From IMG/VR virus record IMGVR_UViG_3300044580_000304, positions 1-63,240 of that record: a stretch of 63,240 bases of DNA; one strand, written 5' to 3'. Shown here in pieces: positions 9,136 to 17,926 of this stretch (positions within the stretch are counted from its first letter, which is position 1; the number at the start of each line of letters is the position of its first letter). The notes under the pieces are model-generated. The model was not told the DNA's origin, made no database searches, and saw only the letters and a program-made list of their open reading frames with translations. Position numbers and translations under genes: made by a program. This stretch comes from a virus. Its lineage: Duplodnaviria > Caudoviricetes.

Positions 9136-9191
9136 GATTGTATAATAAGGCAATATTGCCACATTGTCAATACATAAATTGCAATTTTGCC
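9117..9191. promoter_or_regulatory. Lysis/lysogeny switch: three operators plus leftward promoter
   Basis: GCAAT(T/A)TTGCC at 9117, 9150, 9181; minus-strand TTGACA(9170-9165)-17-TATTAT(9147-9142). Confidence 0.8.
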
Positions 9192-9216
9192 ACTTTTTAT
9201 TTCCGATAATCTATAT

Positions 9217-10071
9217 ATGAATGATTTTTGGAAGCGTGTTAAAGAGAAAATTAAAGAATCAAATACTACAATGGAGTGGATTGCAAACCAGATTGGAGTA
9301 AGAGCTGATTCTTTTAGAAGATGGTCACAAAGAGAGACTATTCCAGATGCAGAAAAAGCCTACAATATAGCCAAATCGCTAAATACATCTGTCGAATATC
9401 TTATTACTGGAGAGGAGCCACGCTATATATCGAAAGAAGATTATTCATTTCTAATTAGGGCTAAGAAATGGAAAAACATAATAGATGATTTAGAGATGCT
9501 AAGTCCACAAATCTCTAATAGTTTCTATGAAAGTATTCATCTATTAGCAAAAGAAGCTTATGGATTTTCTAATGCCAAAAAAATTTTCAAGAATCCCAAC
9601 GAGCTTGCGATCGAGATCCGCAATCAGCGTGGAGAGTCAGAGGAGATTGATTATTTCGATGTTGTGCCTGTCCCCGTCTTTTCCCAAAAAATTGCAGCAG
9701 GCAATGGGCAACAGGCACTCGCAGACAGCTCAATTATCGGTAAAATTCCTTTCCTTAAACGTATGCTCCGAGGTATCCATCCCTCTCGCGCAAGAGCAGT
9801 AGAGGTGCGCGGAGACTCGATGACAGGCATCCAGCTTTTTGATGGAGATATTGTCGTCTTTATACCAGGCGAGATACACGGAGATGGAATCTATGTCATT
9901 AGAATTATGGACGATCTCTATGTGAAACGTGTCGAGTTTGATCCTATCAACAGAAAGATAAGAATTATGTCTGAGAACCCTCGGTATCCCGACCGCATCG
10001 AATCGGCTGACGGTCAGACCGTAGAGGTAGTAGGCAAAGTGTACGGTTGGATACATGCGCATCCATATTGA
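9217..10071 (+). CDS. CI-like repressor (HTH plus S24 peptidase)
   Basis: N-terminal HTH; VRGDSM (catalytic Ser) and YVKR (Lys); likely ATG 9217. Confidence 0.92.
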   Translation: MNDFWKRVKEKIKESNTTMEWIANQIGVRADSFRRWSQRETIPDAEKAYNIAKSLNTSVEYLITGEEPRYISKEDYSFLIRAKKWKNIIDDLEMLSPQISNSFYESIHLLAKEAYGFSNAKKIFKNPNELAIEIRNQRGESEEIDYFDVVPVPVFSQKIAAGNGQQALADSSIIGKIPFLKRMLRGIHPSRARAVEVRGDSMTGIQLFDGDIVVFIPGEIHGDGIYVIRIMDDLYVKRVEFDPINRKIRIMSENPRYPDRIESADGQTVEVVGKVYGWIHAHPY

Positions 10072-10186
10072 AAGTAATAAGATTTAATCTTTCATCGAAG
10101 ACCCTACCATCACATTTGCACGAGGTCGCAATAGTCCGACCATATTCCTTACTATGACCTAAAAGGAATTTCAATGCAAAGGGCAT

Positions 10187-10216
10187 AAAAAAAGCCAGGC
10201 GATGAAACGCCTGGCT
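10187..10216 (-). terminator. Intrinsic terminator
   Basis: AGCCAGGCG/CGCCTGGCT stem with A-tract on the plus strand. Confidence 0.75.
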
Positions 10217-10265
10217 GTATTATTGAGAGGATAAACGAGATTTACTATAGATTTATGACATTACC

Positions 10266-10901
10266 CTAAAAGTCTAGCATTGATCTTGCTCCTTCTCTTT
10301 CTTGCCGATAATCCGCTATTGCTTTGTCCAATAATGGAGTAAGCCATTCTTCATCTATATATGTCACATATTCTAAAGCATAATTACTTGTGACCCAAAC
10401 AATATAGCGCTGTTTGCGGTCACGCCATGCCGCAGCATCCCAGAACATTATCCCCTCAACATGATGGATTGGCTGTACTTTGCCATATTGTCTTTCCAGT
10501 TCTTCCAGTATAGGCTCGCCTGCAAAAGTTAATTCAACAGCAATAAGCTTACTATCCACGAAATAGAATTCATTTATAGAAGCAGAAATTGACTGGCCTT
10601 GAGTATAGCCAGCATAATATGCTGTAATTTCTCTTTCCTCATATGACAACGGGCTAGATCGTTCCTCTGGTTTTATTTCATCTCTGTAAAGATAATAAAA
10701 TGCAAATCGCGGAGTATTAAAATAGGCATGATCATCATACTTTAACGTAGGACATTTTTCCTTTACTTGTTCAACAGTCATCCCCCATATATAGTCCTTG
10801 TAGCCGCTCTGTGCATTGAGGCTACGTACACCAAGGAACGCCAACGCAACAACAAGCCCGATCAATACCTTTCTTTTCATACTATCACCTCTTTCATTCA
10901 A
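10266..10901 (-). CDS. Exported hypothetical protein
   Basis: Signal peptide MKRKVLIGLVVALAFLG...NAQ; WGMTVEQVK motif. Confidence 0.7.
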   Translation of the reverse strand: MNERGDSMKRKVLIGLVVALAFLGVRSLNAQSGYKDYIWGMTVEQVKEKCPTLKYDDHAYFNTPRFAFYYLYRDEIKPEERSSPLSYEEREITAYYAGYTQGQSISASINEFYFVDSKLIAVELTFAGEPILEELERQYGKVQPIHHVEGIMFWDAAAWRDRKQRYIVWVTSNYALEYVTYIDEEWLTPLLDKAIADYRQEREGARSMLDF

Positions 10902-11598
10902 TCGGAATATTTTCTAATACATCATGTCTATCGAAAAGCTTATAGACAAAATAGGTTGGGTAATACTTCATCGTTATCGGATCATAGCAAGGATCGAGGT
11001 CGACATAGTGTATGCCATTCGCGCTCCTATTTATTCTTGTCCTAAGCTCTATGGCTTCTTTCCCTGGCATTTTTATGTATAGGGGATTCTGTATCAATAT
11101 CTTATGTGACCCGGTATATCCACCGGCATATTTACCCTGAATTTGAAGCATCATATTTCCACGCTGAAATTCCACTATGTAAAGATAGTAGCGATTTGCC
11201 ATGGCAGCAGAGAGATTCGTATCCCACTCAGCGCTCTTTGCAAAGATCCATTGATTGAGATAGTTCATATATCTTTCGACCGCTCCAAGAGAGAGAATAT
11301 CACCATAACAGATAGCGCTGGTATCTGCTCCCTCGATATCGAAGATTACCATGGAAATTATTCTATCTCCCGATATTTCGATTGAAAGATAGGTTGGAAA
11401 TCTTACAGGCTCATTGGCAATGATATTGGCAAAAATGTTTGCATCTACAATATGCTTAATACTAGAGGGTAGGTAATTGTCGAACTCAATATAAGTAGAA
11501 TCATAAGGTTGAGCATTTGAATTTTCTTTCTCATTTGTTGACGCGCAACTAGCCAATAAAATTGGCAGTATAAAAACGGCAAGAACAAACCTTTTCAT
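10894..11598 (-). CDS. Lipoprotein
   Basis: MKRFVLAVFILPILLAS-C lipobox. Confidence 0.8.
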   Translation of the reverse strand: MKRFVLAVFILPILLASCASTNEKENSNAQPYDSTYIEFDNYLPSSIKHIVDANIFANIIANEPVRFPTYLSIEISGDRIISMVIFDIEGADTSAICYGDILSLGAVERYMNYLNQWIFAKSAEWDTNLSAAMANRYYLYIVEFQRGNMMLQIQGKYAGGYTGSHKILIQNPLYIKMPGKEAIELRTRINRSANGIHYVDLDPCYDPITMKYYPTYFVYKLFDRHDVLENIPIE

Positions 11599-12821
11599 TT
11601 TTCTGCGTCCTTTTTGATTATTGGCTCGAATACTCTGTCGATAGTATCAACAAGACCTTTCATGTCGGTGACAGAGAAGTGAGTATAGCCTCTCTGAACC
11701 TTCGTCAATTTATTGCTATCCTCGCTCCATCCAAGATATTCTCTTATAATAATAGGACTTGCTCCTTGCATAAGCAAGAGCGTGTTAAGGGTGTGCCGTA
11801 AACTGTGCGGGGTTCGCTTATGGCCATCTGAATCATAAAGGGGAAGCTTTGACTTTTTCATGGCGCTATCGAAGTTCTTTTTCCACCATTGAGCGCTATG
11901 GCGCCTGCCAGTTTCTGGGTCACAGAAGATCAGGTCATCATCGTCGAGCATTGTGTTTCTGGTAGCCTTGTGCTCGCTGATAATGCACCAAGCCGACCTA
12001 CTTATAGGGACCGTTCTTGGCTTGTTCCCCTTTGGCTCTCCCTTTTCTGCGATATCTTTCCAGTTATTGACGATAGCCAGTTCCTGTTCGCTTACGCATC
12101 CCCAAGGGAGGGCAAGAACTTCGCCACATCTCATTCCGGTAACGGCCACCAGGCGAAAACAATTCCACGCCTCTGTGTTATTCCAATTCTCCTGTCGTAA
12201 AAGAATTCTAAGCTCATCTATCGAAAAAGCGCCTCTTGGATTGTCATAATTCGAGCCAAGTCTCACAATCCCGACGCATGGGTTATAGGGGATATCCCGA
12301 TTTATTACAGCTTCCCCAAAAACTGTTTTCACTGCATTCATGATTTTGTCGATAGTCCCCGACGAAAGCGGGCGAATGGGAACGGGTGGAATTTCATTCC
12401 TATTCTTGTCCTTCTTCGGTTGCGACATGACCATTTTCTTTTGCAACCTGGCACGGAATGCCGTAATGTCGCGTGTCTTTATTTCATATATAGTCATGTC
12501 TGCTATGGGATCCGCGAGGACATGGTTTTTAATATATGACCTTATTATCCTGGCTGATTTTTTTGAAATGCTCTTTTGACCAATTCTCTGAATATGTGGA
12601 CAGCGTTCATAATCATAGAATGGTTCAATATACTGTCGAAGAGTATTTCGCCCTTCTTTTGCCAGCTCTTCCTTTCGAAGTGCTTCCTTTAAGGCAGCCT
12701 TAGCGGCTGCTTCGTTTCTGGTCCCTGTTGATACATAATTCTTCATCCCAGGCAATCGATAGCGGAAAATTCCAGATCCTGGCCTTCGTTTCAGTGAGTA
12801 TGGTAATTGATTGCGTCCCAT
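11595..12821 (-). CDS. int: Tyrosine integrase
   Basis: TGMRCGE, K, HSLRH, LGWS...Y catalytic set. Confidence 0.95.
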   Translation of the reverse strand: MGRNQLPYSLKRRPGSGIFRYRLPGMKNYVSTGTRNEAAAKAALKEALRKEELAKEGRNTLRQYIEPFYDYERCPHIQRIGQKSISKKSARIIRSYIKNHVLADPIADMTIYEIKTRDITAFRARLQKKMVMSQPKKDKNRNEIPPVPIRPLSSGTIDKIMNAVKTVFGEAVINRDIPYNPCVGIVRLGSNYDNPRGAFSIDELRILLRQENWNNTEAWNCFRLVAVTGMRCGEVLALPWGCVSEQELAIVNNWKDIAEKGEPKGNKPRTVPISRSAWCIISEHKATRNTMLDDDDLIFCDPETGRRHSAQWWKKNFDSAMKKSKLPLYDSDGHKRTPHSLRHTLNTLLLMQGASPIIIREYLGWSEDSNKLTKVQRGYTHFSVTDMKGLVDTIDRVFEPIIKKDAEK

Positions 12822-12899
12822 ACCATTCTTTTATACACCGTTTCCTGATTCCGTCAAGATATAAATTGTCAATAGATTGTCACATAGCGCCATAAAACA

Positions 12900-12928
12900 A
12901 AATAGCCACTCTCTTTGAGTGGCTATTT
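12900..12928. terminator. Hairpin downstream of the tRNA fragment
   Basis: AAATAGCCACTC-tcttt-GAGTGGCTATTT 12-bp stem. Confidence 0.7.
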
Positions 12929-12953
12929 CTTTATTATGGAATATCTTATCTTT

Positions 12954-12997
12954 TGAGCCGCCCCAGGATCGAACTGGGGACCCACGCCTTAAAAGGG
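12954..12997 (-). other. attP core: 3' half of tRNA-Lys(UUU)
   Basis: CCCTTTTAAGGCGTGGGTCCCCAGTTCGATCCTGGGGCGGCTCA gives anticodon loop, T-arm and 3' acceptor strand; no 5' half; adjacent to int. Confidence 0.85.
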
Positions 12998-13163
12998 CAG
13001 GAAATACTGCAAATAAGCAATGATTTATCATTGTCTCCTTGCAAAATTCGCATTGAATGGTATAATTTGTCATATCATGACGGCTTTAAGGACGATTTTT
13101 TTGTTTCTCGATAGATTCTCGAAAATAAAATCACGATAAAATCACGATGATGGAGGAATCAAG

Positions 13164-13955
13164 ATGCCCAAGGAAGTGCCAGTTATACAGAATGTATATG
13201 ATGCAAGTTTCCCTGTTCGAGATAAGTACCATCTCAAATATCTACAAAACCTCTACGGCGAGAATGTCACTACTACCGAGATAATAGAAGCCCTACGATC
13301 TCAAAAGAGGGAATCAATCGAATCAGTAGTCAAGGTCTCATCAAACAGAATGAAATCATCTATTCTGCTCATCGGCGTCGCATGTGTCATAATTGATCGC
13401 GAAAACCTCTATTCGGAAGCTGGGCATAAATCTTATCTTACCTATGCGCTAAGTCTTGCCGATCTCGCTGGCATGCCGCCACAAACCTTGAGCGATGCAA
13501 AGATTATCGGAGAAGTCTTCATTGATTATTTCAACGAGCTCCAAAAAGTAAATTTCAATCCTGAAGGGAATGCTCATAAACTGCGATACATCCGAGCTGC
13601 CTTGGAAAATCATCCAGGACAAGAGTCCGAAGTATTCAAGCGTGTCGTCAATGATCCAATCCGCAAGTTTCGCGATTGGGCTTACGAAGAAGCCCCCAAA
13701 CAGCTCCCTGCTCCAGAACCTGAATCTCATGTATCAGTGAGGGTGTCAGGCCAGAGTATCTATGTGGATGAAAAACCAATATTGAATTTCCCCGATGATC
13801 TACCTCTAGAGGAAAAAAAGAATCTAACAAAATACCTGGGGGCTTTATATCGCATCCGTGCCGTTGGAAATGAACCATTTATCGTGTCCACGTATGATGA
13901 ACGAGAACAAAGAGCAATCATGAATTTCTTGAAAAAATACCGCATGAAGAAATAA
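13164..13955 (+). CDS. Hypothetical protein, possibly partition-related
   Basis: Clean plus-strand ORF with GGAGG RBS; LIG...I.RENLY.EAG.KSY resembles ParB-associated/spirochaete plasmid partition proteins. Confidence 0.45.
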   Translation: MPKEVPVIQNVYDASFPVRDKYHLKYLQNLYGENVTTTEIIEALRSQKRESIESVVKVSSNRMKSSILLIGVACVIIDRENLYSEAGHKSYLTYALSLADLAGMPPQTLSDAKIIGEVFIDYFNELQKVNFNPEGNAHKLRYIRAALENHPGQESEVFKRVVNDPIRKFRDWAYEEAPKQLPAPEPESHVSVRVSGQSIYVDEKPILNFPDDLPLEEKKNLTKYLGALYRIRAVGNEPFIVSTYDEREQRAIMNFLKKYRMKK

Positions 13956-14001
13956 AAAAGCCCCACCTAGGTGAGGCTGATATTGGCGCTTGTTTAATTT
14001 G

Positions 14002-14337
14002 CTATTCGACGGGTTTCTTGCGGGGTCTGCCCCCTTTTTTGCCGTTTTCACGGCTTGCCTGGGCTCGGCGCTCCGATGGTATCGCGCGGAGCGCGCGGGC
14101 TGATACTGCTGGCTCAGTATAGGGCGCAAGAGCGCGCCTAAGCGCCGCGAGCTCATCCGGTGTGGCCTCCTTGACTTGGTAGCCGAGGAGTATCCACGAT
14201 TGGATCGACAATGCCTCTCCGTCCGGCAGTACTACCACGGGTATGCCGTAGCTGCTCGCCGGATGATCTGTGGTGACCTCTGCGGTCACCGTATGGCGAC
14301 GGCGGTCGCCCAGAATGTCTACATAGCTGATTTTCAT
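14002..14337 (-). CDS. Small protein with C-terminal SRENGKKGGRP basic DNA-binding motif
   Basis: ORF coupled to the upstream gene; motif read from the translation. Confidence 0.65.
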   Translation of the reverse strand: MKISYVDILGDRRRHTVTAEVTTDHPASSYGIPVVVLPDGEALSIQSWILLGYQVKEATPDELAALRRALAPYTEPAVSARALRAIPSERRAQASRENGKKGGRPRKKPVE

Positions 14338-15047
14338 TCCACGCTCCTTTTTGCCTCTTCTACCGCCTTGCGGTAGGCGTCAACCTCTTTTTGATACTGC
14401 CGGGTGCTCTCCACCTCGGCAGCCGATAACCGCATCTCGTTGCCGTCGACATAGATACGATTGCCGCCATAAATTTTGCCGTTCCAGCGGCCAGCAGGAT
14501 AGCATGCCGGTTTCGCGGGCTTGGGTACAGCTGCGACCGCCTCGGCAATTTTTTTCTTTTCAGCGAGGCGGTTTTGTGCCATCGCTATATCAAAGTCGCT
14601 ACAGCCAATGGCGAATTTTGCGCCAAGGCTTTTTAGCGCCTCGACTTCGGCCTGCCAGGCTGGCGTCTTATTGAGAACGTCCTCCAGGCGCACCATCTTC
14701 TGCCAGGCCTGCTCTGATCTGGCTGCGCCAAGGAGCTGAGCGATGCCACCACGGGTCTCGCCCCAGTGATAGCCCATCGCTTTGATTTTGTCCTTGACCG
14801 GCATGGTGCCACCGGTAAGGACTACCCATGCGACGAGATCTCCATCGGCGGTCTCGTCCATGCCATTGAGCATGAGGGTGGCGGTTATGGGTTTAGCGGC
14901 CTCCTCAGCTCTCTTTTTCTCTCGCCAGCACGCGGGGCAAAGTTGCCCAGCGAGCCACTCAAGCTTGCGCTCGCGGTTTTTGTTGTTGCTATACAAGGTA
15001 ACCACGCCAGCATGTCCACACGCATAATTGACGGTATATTGTGCCAT
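14334..15047 (-). CDS. Hypothetical protein with N-terminal Zn-binding motif
   Basis: YACGH...CPAC; strong AAGGAGGT RBS. Confidence 0.75.
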   Translation of the reverse strand: MAQYTVNYACGHAGVVTLYSNNKNRERKLEWLAGQLCPACWREKKRAEEAAKPITATLMLNGMDETADGDLVAWVVLTGGTMPVKDKIKAMGYHWGETRGGIAQLLGAARSEQAWQKMVRLEDVLNKTPAWQAEVEALKSLGAKFAIGCSDFDIAMAQNRLAEKKKIAEAVAAVPKPAKPACYPAGRWNGKIYGGNRIYVDGNEMRLSAAEVESTRQYQKEVDAYRKAVEEAKRSVE

Positions 15048-15099
15048 ATCTTACCTCCTTGCCTCGGCGCCTTATCGCGCCCGCGGGCTTTCTCATCCT

Positions 15100-15136
15100 T
15101 ACAAGTATAATATAACCCGACGTCAGGTAATTGTAC
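15100..15136 (-). promoter_or_regulatory. Promoter with imperfect palindrome ACCCGACGTCAGGT
   Basis: TATTAT/TATACT -10 candidates next to the palindrome at 15115-15128. Confidence 0.5.
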
Positions 15137-15287
15137 ATAGATAAATAGATGTTTTGAGCAAGAAATCCATAAATTTTGAAGAAAATTACTATACAAAAAA
15201 CGGAAAACTACTATACAAAAAAGCCCCCGTGAGGAGGCGCACGAGGGCACCGGAGACTGCCGGTACAGCTTGCGGGAAAGGACGATA

Positions 15288-15353
15288 GCCGAGCCAAAGA
15301 TTCGAACTTTGCATAATGCGCTTACAGGGCGCTTATGGCACCAAGCGCTCGGC
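15288..15353 (-). ncRNA. Degenerate tRNA / tRNA-like element
   Basis: GCCGAGC/GCTCGGC acceptor stem; CAAAG-TTCGAAT-CTTTG T-arm; only 66 nt with a non-canonical D/anticodon region. Confidence 0.55.
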
Positions 15354-15376
15354 ATCAAGTACACACCAAGTGGGCA

Positions 15377-15604
15377 TCAAGCAGGCAGGTGGTTCTCGGC
15401 GCAAAGCTCAAGGAAATAATCGCGGATCTTTTCCACCGCCTCATCGGCCGATTTGAAATTATGCCCATACTTTTCCCATGCTCGAAGCTGCTGCTTCATG
15501 TCGTCAATGATAGAGACCATCTGGCGGGCATGTGCATAGAGATCAATATCTTCCGGTTCCCGTGCGTAGAAGGCTGCGAGAATTGGCAGGTTTTCTTCAT
15601 CCAT
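15377..15604 (-). CDS. Hypothetical protein
   Basis: ORF with AGGAGG RBS. Confidence 0.6.
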   Translation of the reverse strand: MDEENLPILAAFYAREPEDIDLYAHARQMVSIIDDMKQQLRAWEKYGHNFKSADEAVEKIRDYFLELCAENHLPA

Positions 15605-15656
15605 AATTTCCTCCTATTCTCCAGCAAGTTACTATTTGCGATACCTACTGGAGAGA

Positions 15657-15947
15657 TTAGTCAACTAAATCGCTGAAATCAGTCCAGCCTTGCGCAGCGC
15701 AAAGCAGGATAAGATAGCCGATTGTGTCGGCAATGTCGTTTTTTCGCAGACTTTCGGGATGATTTTTGATACGCGCTAATTTATCGTCTAGACGTACCTT
15801 AATTCCCTCGGTTGCGTTAAGCGTAGAAAAGATACCTAAAGGAGACAATGCAGAATCACCGTAGCGCTGGTTCTTTTCCAAAAGCAGCGCCTTCATACTA
15901 TCGCAAAGAGCGATAATTTTTTGTTGTGAATCGACTATGCCAGCCAT
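15657..15947 (-). CDS. DUF1599/Nmad1-like nucleotide-modification-associated protein
   Basis: KNQRYGDS, VRLDDKLARI, D.IGYLIL. Confidence 0.75.
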   Translation of the reverse strand: MAGIVDSQQKIIALCDSMKALLLEKNQRYGDSALSPLGIFSTLNATEGIKVRLDDKLARIKNHPESLRKNDIADTIGYLILLCAAQGWTDFSDLVD

Positions 15948-16240
15948 GTAGGTTTTTCTCCTTTCGGCCCCCCTTGCTCGGCAAGTTCAAGGTGGCGTAC
16001 ATACAGGTAGCGGTCAGAAACTCTAAACGCACGGGCAAGTTCTTTTTTGTTTTTGCGGTCGTAAAACTCCCACAGAAGCCAGTCTTTTTCGGACGTCCAC
16101 GTTATACGCCGTGAATTTTTGTCTGGCAGTTTTTTAATATGATCCAGTAGCGCGAGATAATCATCGGCAGTACCATCCATTGTTATAATGCTTCTGCTTT
16201 CGCTGCCGCAAATCGTGGAATTAATCTGTGTAGTTTCCAT
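15935..16240 (-). CDS. Hypothetical, possibly HTH protein
   Basis: WTSEKDWLL...KELARAFRVS. Confidence 0.5.
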   Translation of the reverse strand: METTQINSTICGSESRSIITMDGTADDYLALLDHIKKLPDKNSRRITWTSEKDWLLWEFYDRKNKKELARAFRVSDRYLYVRHLELAEQGGPKGEKPTWLA

Positions 16241-17004
16241 GTAAATTCCCCCTTGTCAGAGATCCACCACTCGAGAAATCCATACGAGATTGTTTTGCTC
16301 ATACGGGTTCCACCGTATCGCGTCCATCCCTGTAGTGCAGGCGTTACAAATGCAATGAAATTATCTTCTATGACTGAAAAAAATGTATGAAGATGCGAGC
16401 GAAAAAATACGTTCGCTTTTGGTTGCAGTTCATGTTCTGACCATAACAGATTCCACACTGCCTCGCGGGGAAGTGCAGGCGGTATCGATCTAGGCACTGA
16501 TGAACTGCCAAGATGATGCTTAAAGTCAATCACACATCCGGCATGTTCGAGCCATGCATGTTCTTGGAGGCGAGTTCCAAGCTCTTTTGCGATAGGTGCT
16601 TCGAATTGCTCCGCATCGCCTGTATGATAATTTGTGCCCTCTATAACTGTAGCCCGATCGAAATCAAATTGATGGATGCAATAAAGCGCCATTTCAGCTT
16701 GTTTTATTCGATCTGTTTCGCATAGCTCCGTCCCGCCACTTCGTATTCCATTTCCCTCAACCGCATCGCCATTGATAACAATACGGTCAAGATGGCCGAG
16801 CGATTGCGCGGTCGCTTGATACCAGTCCCATGTCTTCATTTGCCATAATCGAATCTTTTCTCGGAGGGGATCATCGCTTTCTTGCTCCCACATATATGGC
16901 GGGCAGAGGCCAAATTTATGTCCGCAATGTAAATCAGATATTGTTACACCATGCTTCGCCATAATTTCTCCTGGCATGTCTGAGGGGCATGTTCCTATAT
17001 TCAA
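16183..17004 (-). CDS. Calcineurin-like metallophosphoesterase
   Basis: SDLHCG, NGDAVEG, GTNYH, KHH, SHLH. Confidence 0.8.
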   Translation of the reverse strand: MNIGTCPSDMPGEIMAKHGVTISDLHCGHKFGLCPPYMWEQESDDPLREKIRLWQMKTWDWYQATAQSLGHLDRIVINGDAVEGNGIRSGGTELCETDRIKQAEMALYCIHQFDFDRATVIEGTNYHTGDAEQFEAPIAKELGTRLQEHAWLEHAGCVIDFKHHLGSSSVPRSIPPALPREAVWNLLWSEHELQPKANVFFRSHLHTFFSVIEDNFIAFVTPALQGWTRYGGTRMSKTISYGFLEWWISDKGEFTWKLHRLIPRFAAAKAEAL

Positions 17005-17660
17005 TAAACACCTAGTTCGTCCAACCCCCAGCCAAGCGCAAGCAATGCAATGATTACTTCGAGTACAATCTTATTACTTTTGAGTGCCTGCACCGATTTT
17101 TCGTAGCCCTTCAAGGATTCCAGTGCCTTCTTGTATGAGCTCTGTTGTGCCTGATAATCCTCCAAGAGCTGATTGTATTTTCCCTTCCAGCTGGCTAAAT
17201 CCGCTTCCAAGTTCGCTGATTTTTGCTCCAAGTCCGTTACTTGTTGACTCAAGGTTTGTAATTGTTCCTGCAATTTCTGATTGTCGGCTGTCAATGCTTC
17301 CAATTGTTGTTTTAATTGATTGTACATCTCTTGTAATGCTTTGTACTGTGCTTGCAAAGTCGCTATTTGATTTTTTAAGTCCTGATATTGTTGACTCAAT
17401 TCCCCGTACATCGCTCTCGATTGTGCTAAAGCGCTCTGCGAGTCCGCTAAGGCTTGCCCCGTATCTGCCAATTTTTTCCCCAAGGTCTGAAAAATCTCGA
17501 TCAAACGCTGCCTGTCGTTCTCGGATAATTGATAATTCTCGGTTAGTGGTGCAGGTAGTGATTCCTGCGAATACAACCGTAGCAATGACGGCCCCAGCGA
17601 AAAAATAACGAACAGAAATAGGAATTTTAGAGAGCCATAAGGAAATTTTTTCCGCCACAT
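17001..17660 (-). CDS. Coiled-coil protein with signal peptide and C-terminal TM (spanin-like subunit A)
   Basis: Q/L heptads; hydrophobic termini; lies after holin and endolysin. Confidence 0.65.
   Translation of the reverse strand: MWRKKFPYGSLKFLFLFVIFSLGPSLLRLYSQESLPAPLTENYQLSENDRQRLIEIFQTLGKKLADTGQALADSQSALAQSRAMYGELSQQYQDLKNQIATLQAQYKALQEMYNQLKQQLEALTADNQKLQEQLQTLSQQVTDLEQKSANLEADLASWKGKYNQLLEDYQAQQSSYKKALESLKGYEKSVQALKSNKIVLEVIIALLALGWGLDELGVY
17074..17658 (-). CDS. Overlapping-frame coiled-coil protein with N-terminal TM (spanin-like subunit B)
   Basis: Independent I/L/F heptads; GTG at 17658 shares the GGAGG RBS with ATG 17660. Confidence 0.55.
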   Translation of the reverse strand: MAEKISLWLSKIPISVRYFFAGAVIATVVFAGITTCTTNRELSIIRERQAAFDRDFSDLGEKIGRYGASLSGLAERFSTIESDVRGIESTISGLKKSNSDFASTVQSITRDVQSIKTTIGSIDSRQSEIAGTITNLESTSNGLGAKISELGSGFSQLEGKIQSALGGLSGTTELIQEGTGILEGLRKIGAGTQK

Positions 17661-17662
17661 TC

Positions 17663-17926
17663 TTACCCTCCATTTTCATCATCCCCCGCCTTTGGGATTT
17701 TCTTGGTTGCTATATCCCGATCTAATTCTGGTCGATAATGCGCTGATTTTTGCCATGCATCTCCCACTTGAGCAGCCTGGTAGCCGAATCCTGCAAACGC
17801 GAGCGCACCAATAATCGTTGGACCAACGACTGCAATCGCCGAAGGAAGGGTAAAAACAGTAAAAACATATACCGCCAAAAGCGCCCAGAATGTAGCCCAA
17901 AATGCTGTTGCTTTTCGCGTTTTCAT
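17663..17926 (-). CDS. Holin
   Basis: Two TM helices and a charged C-terminus; coupled to the endolysin. Confidence 0.7.
   Translation of the reverse strand: MKTRKATAFWATFWALLAVYVFTVFTLPSAIAVVGPTIIGALAFAGFGYQAAQVGDAWQKSAHYRPELDRDIATKKIPKAGDDENGG

Noticed and set aside
12954-13030. Functional tRNA-Lys gene
   Set aside because: The 5' acceptor strand and D-arm are absent; treated as the attP core
17084-17608. Third (antisense) ORF over the spanin-like pair
   Set aside because: No RBS and shadow-like composition
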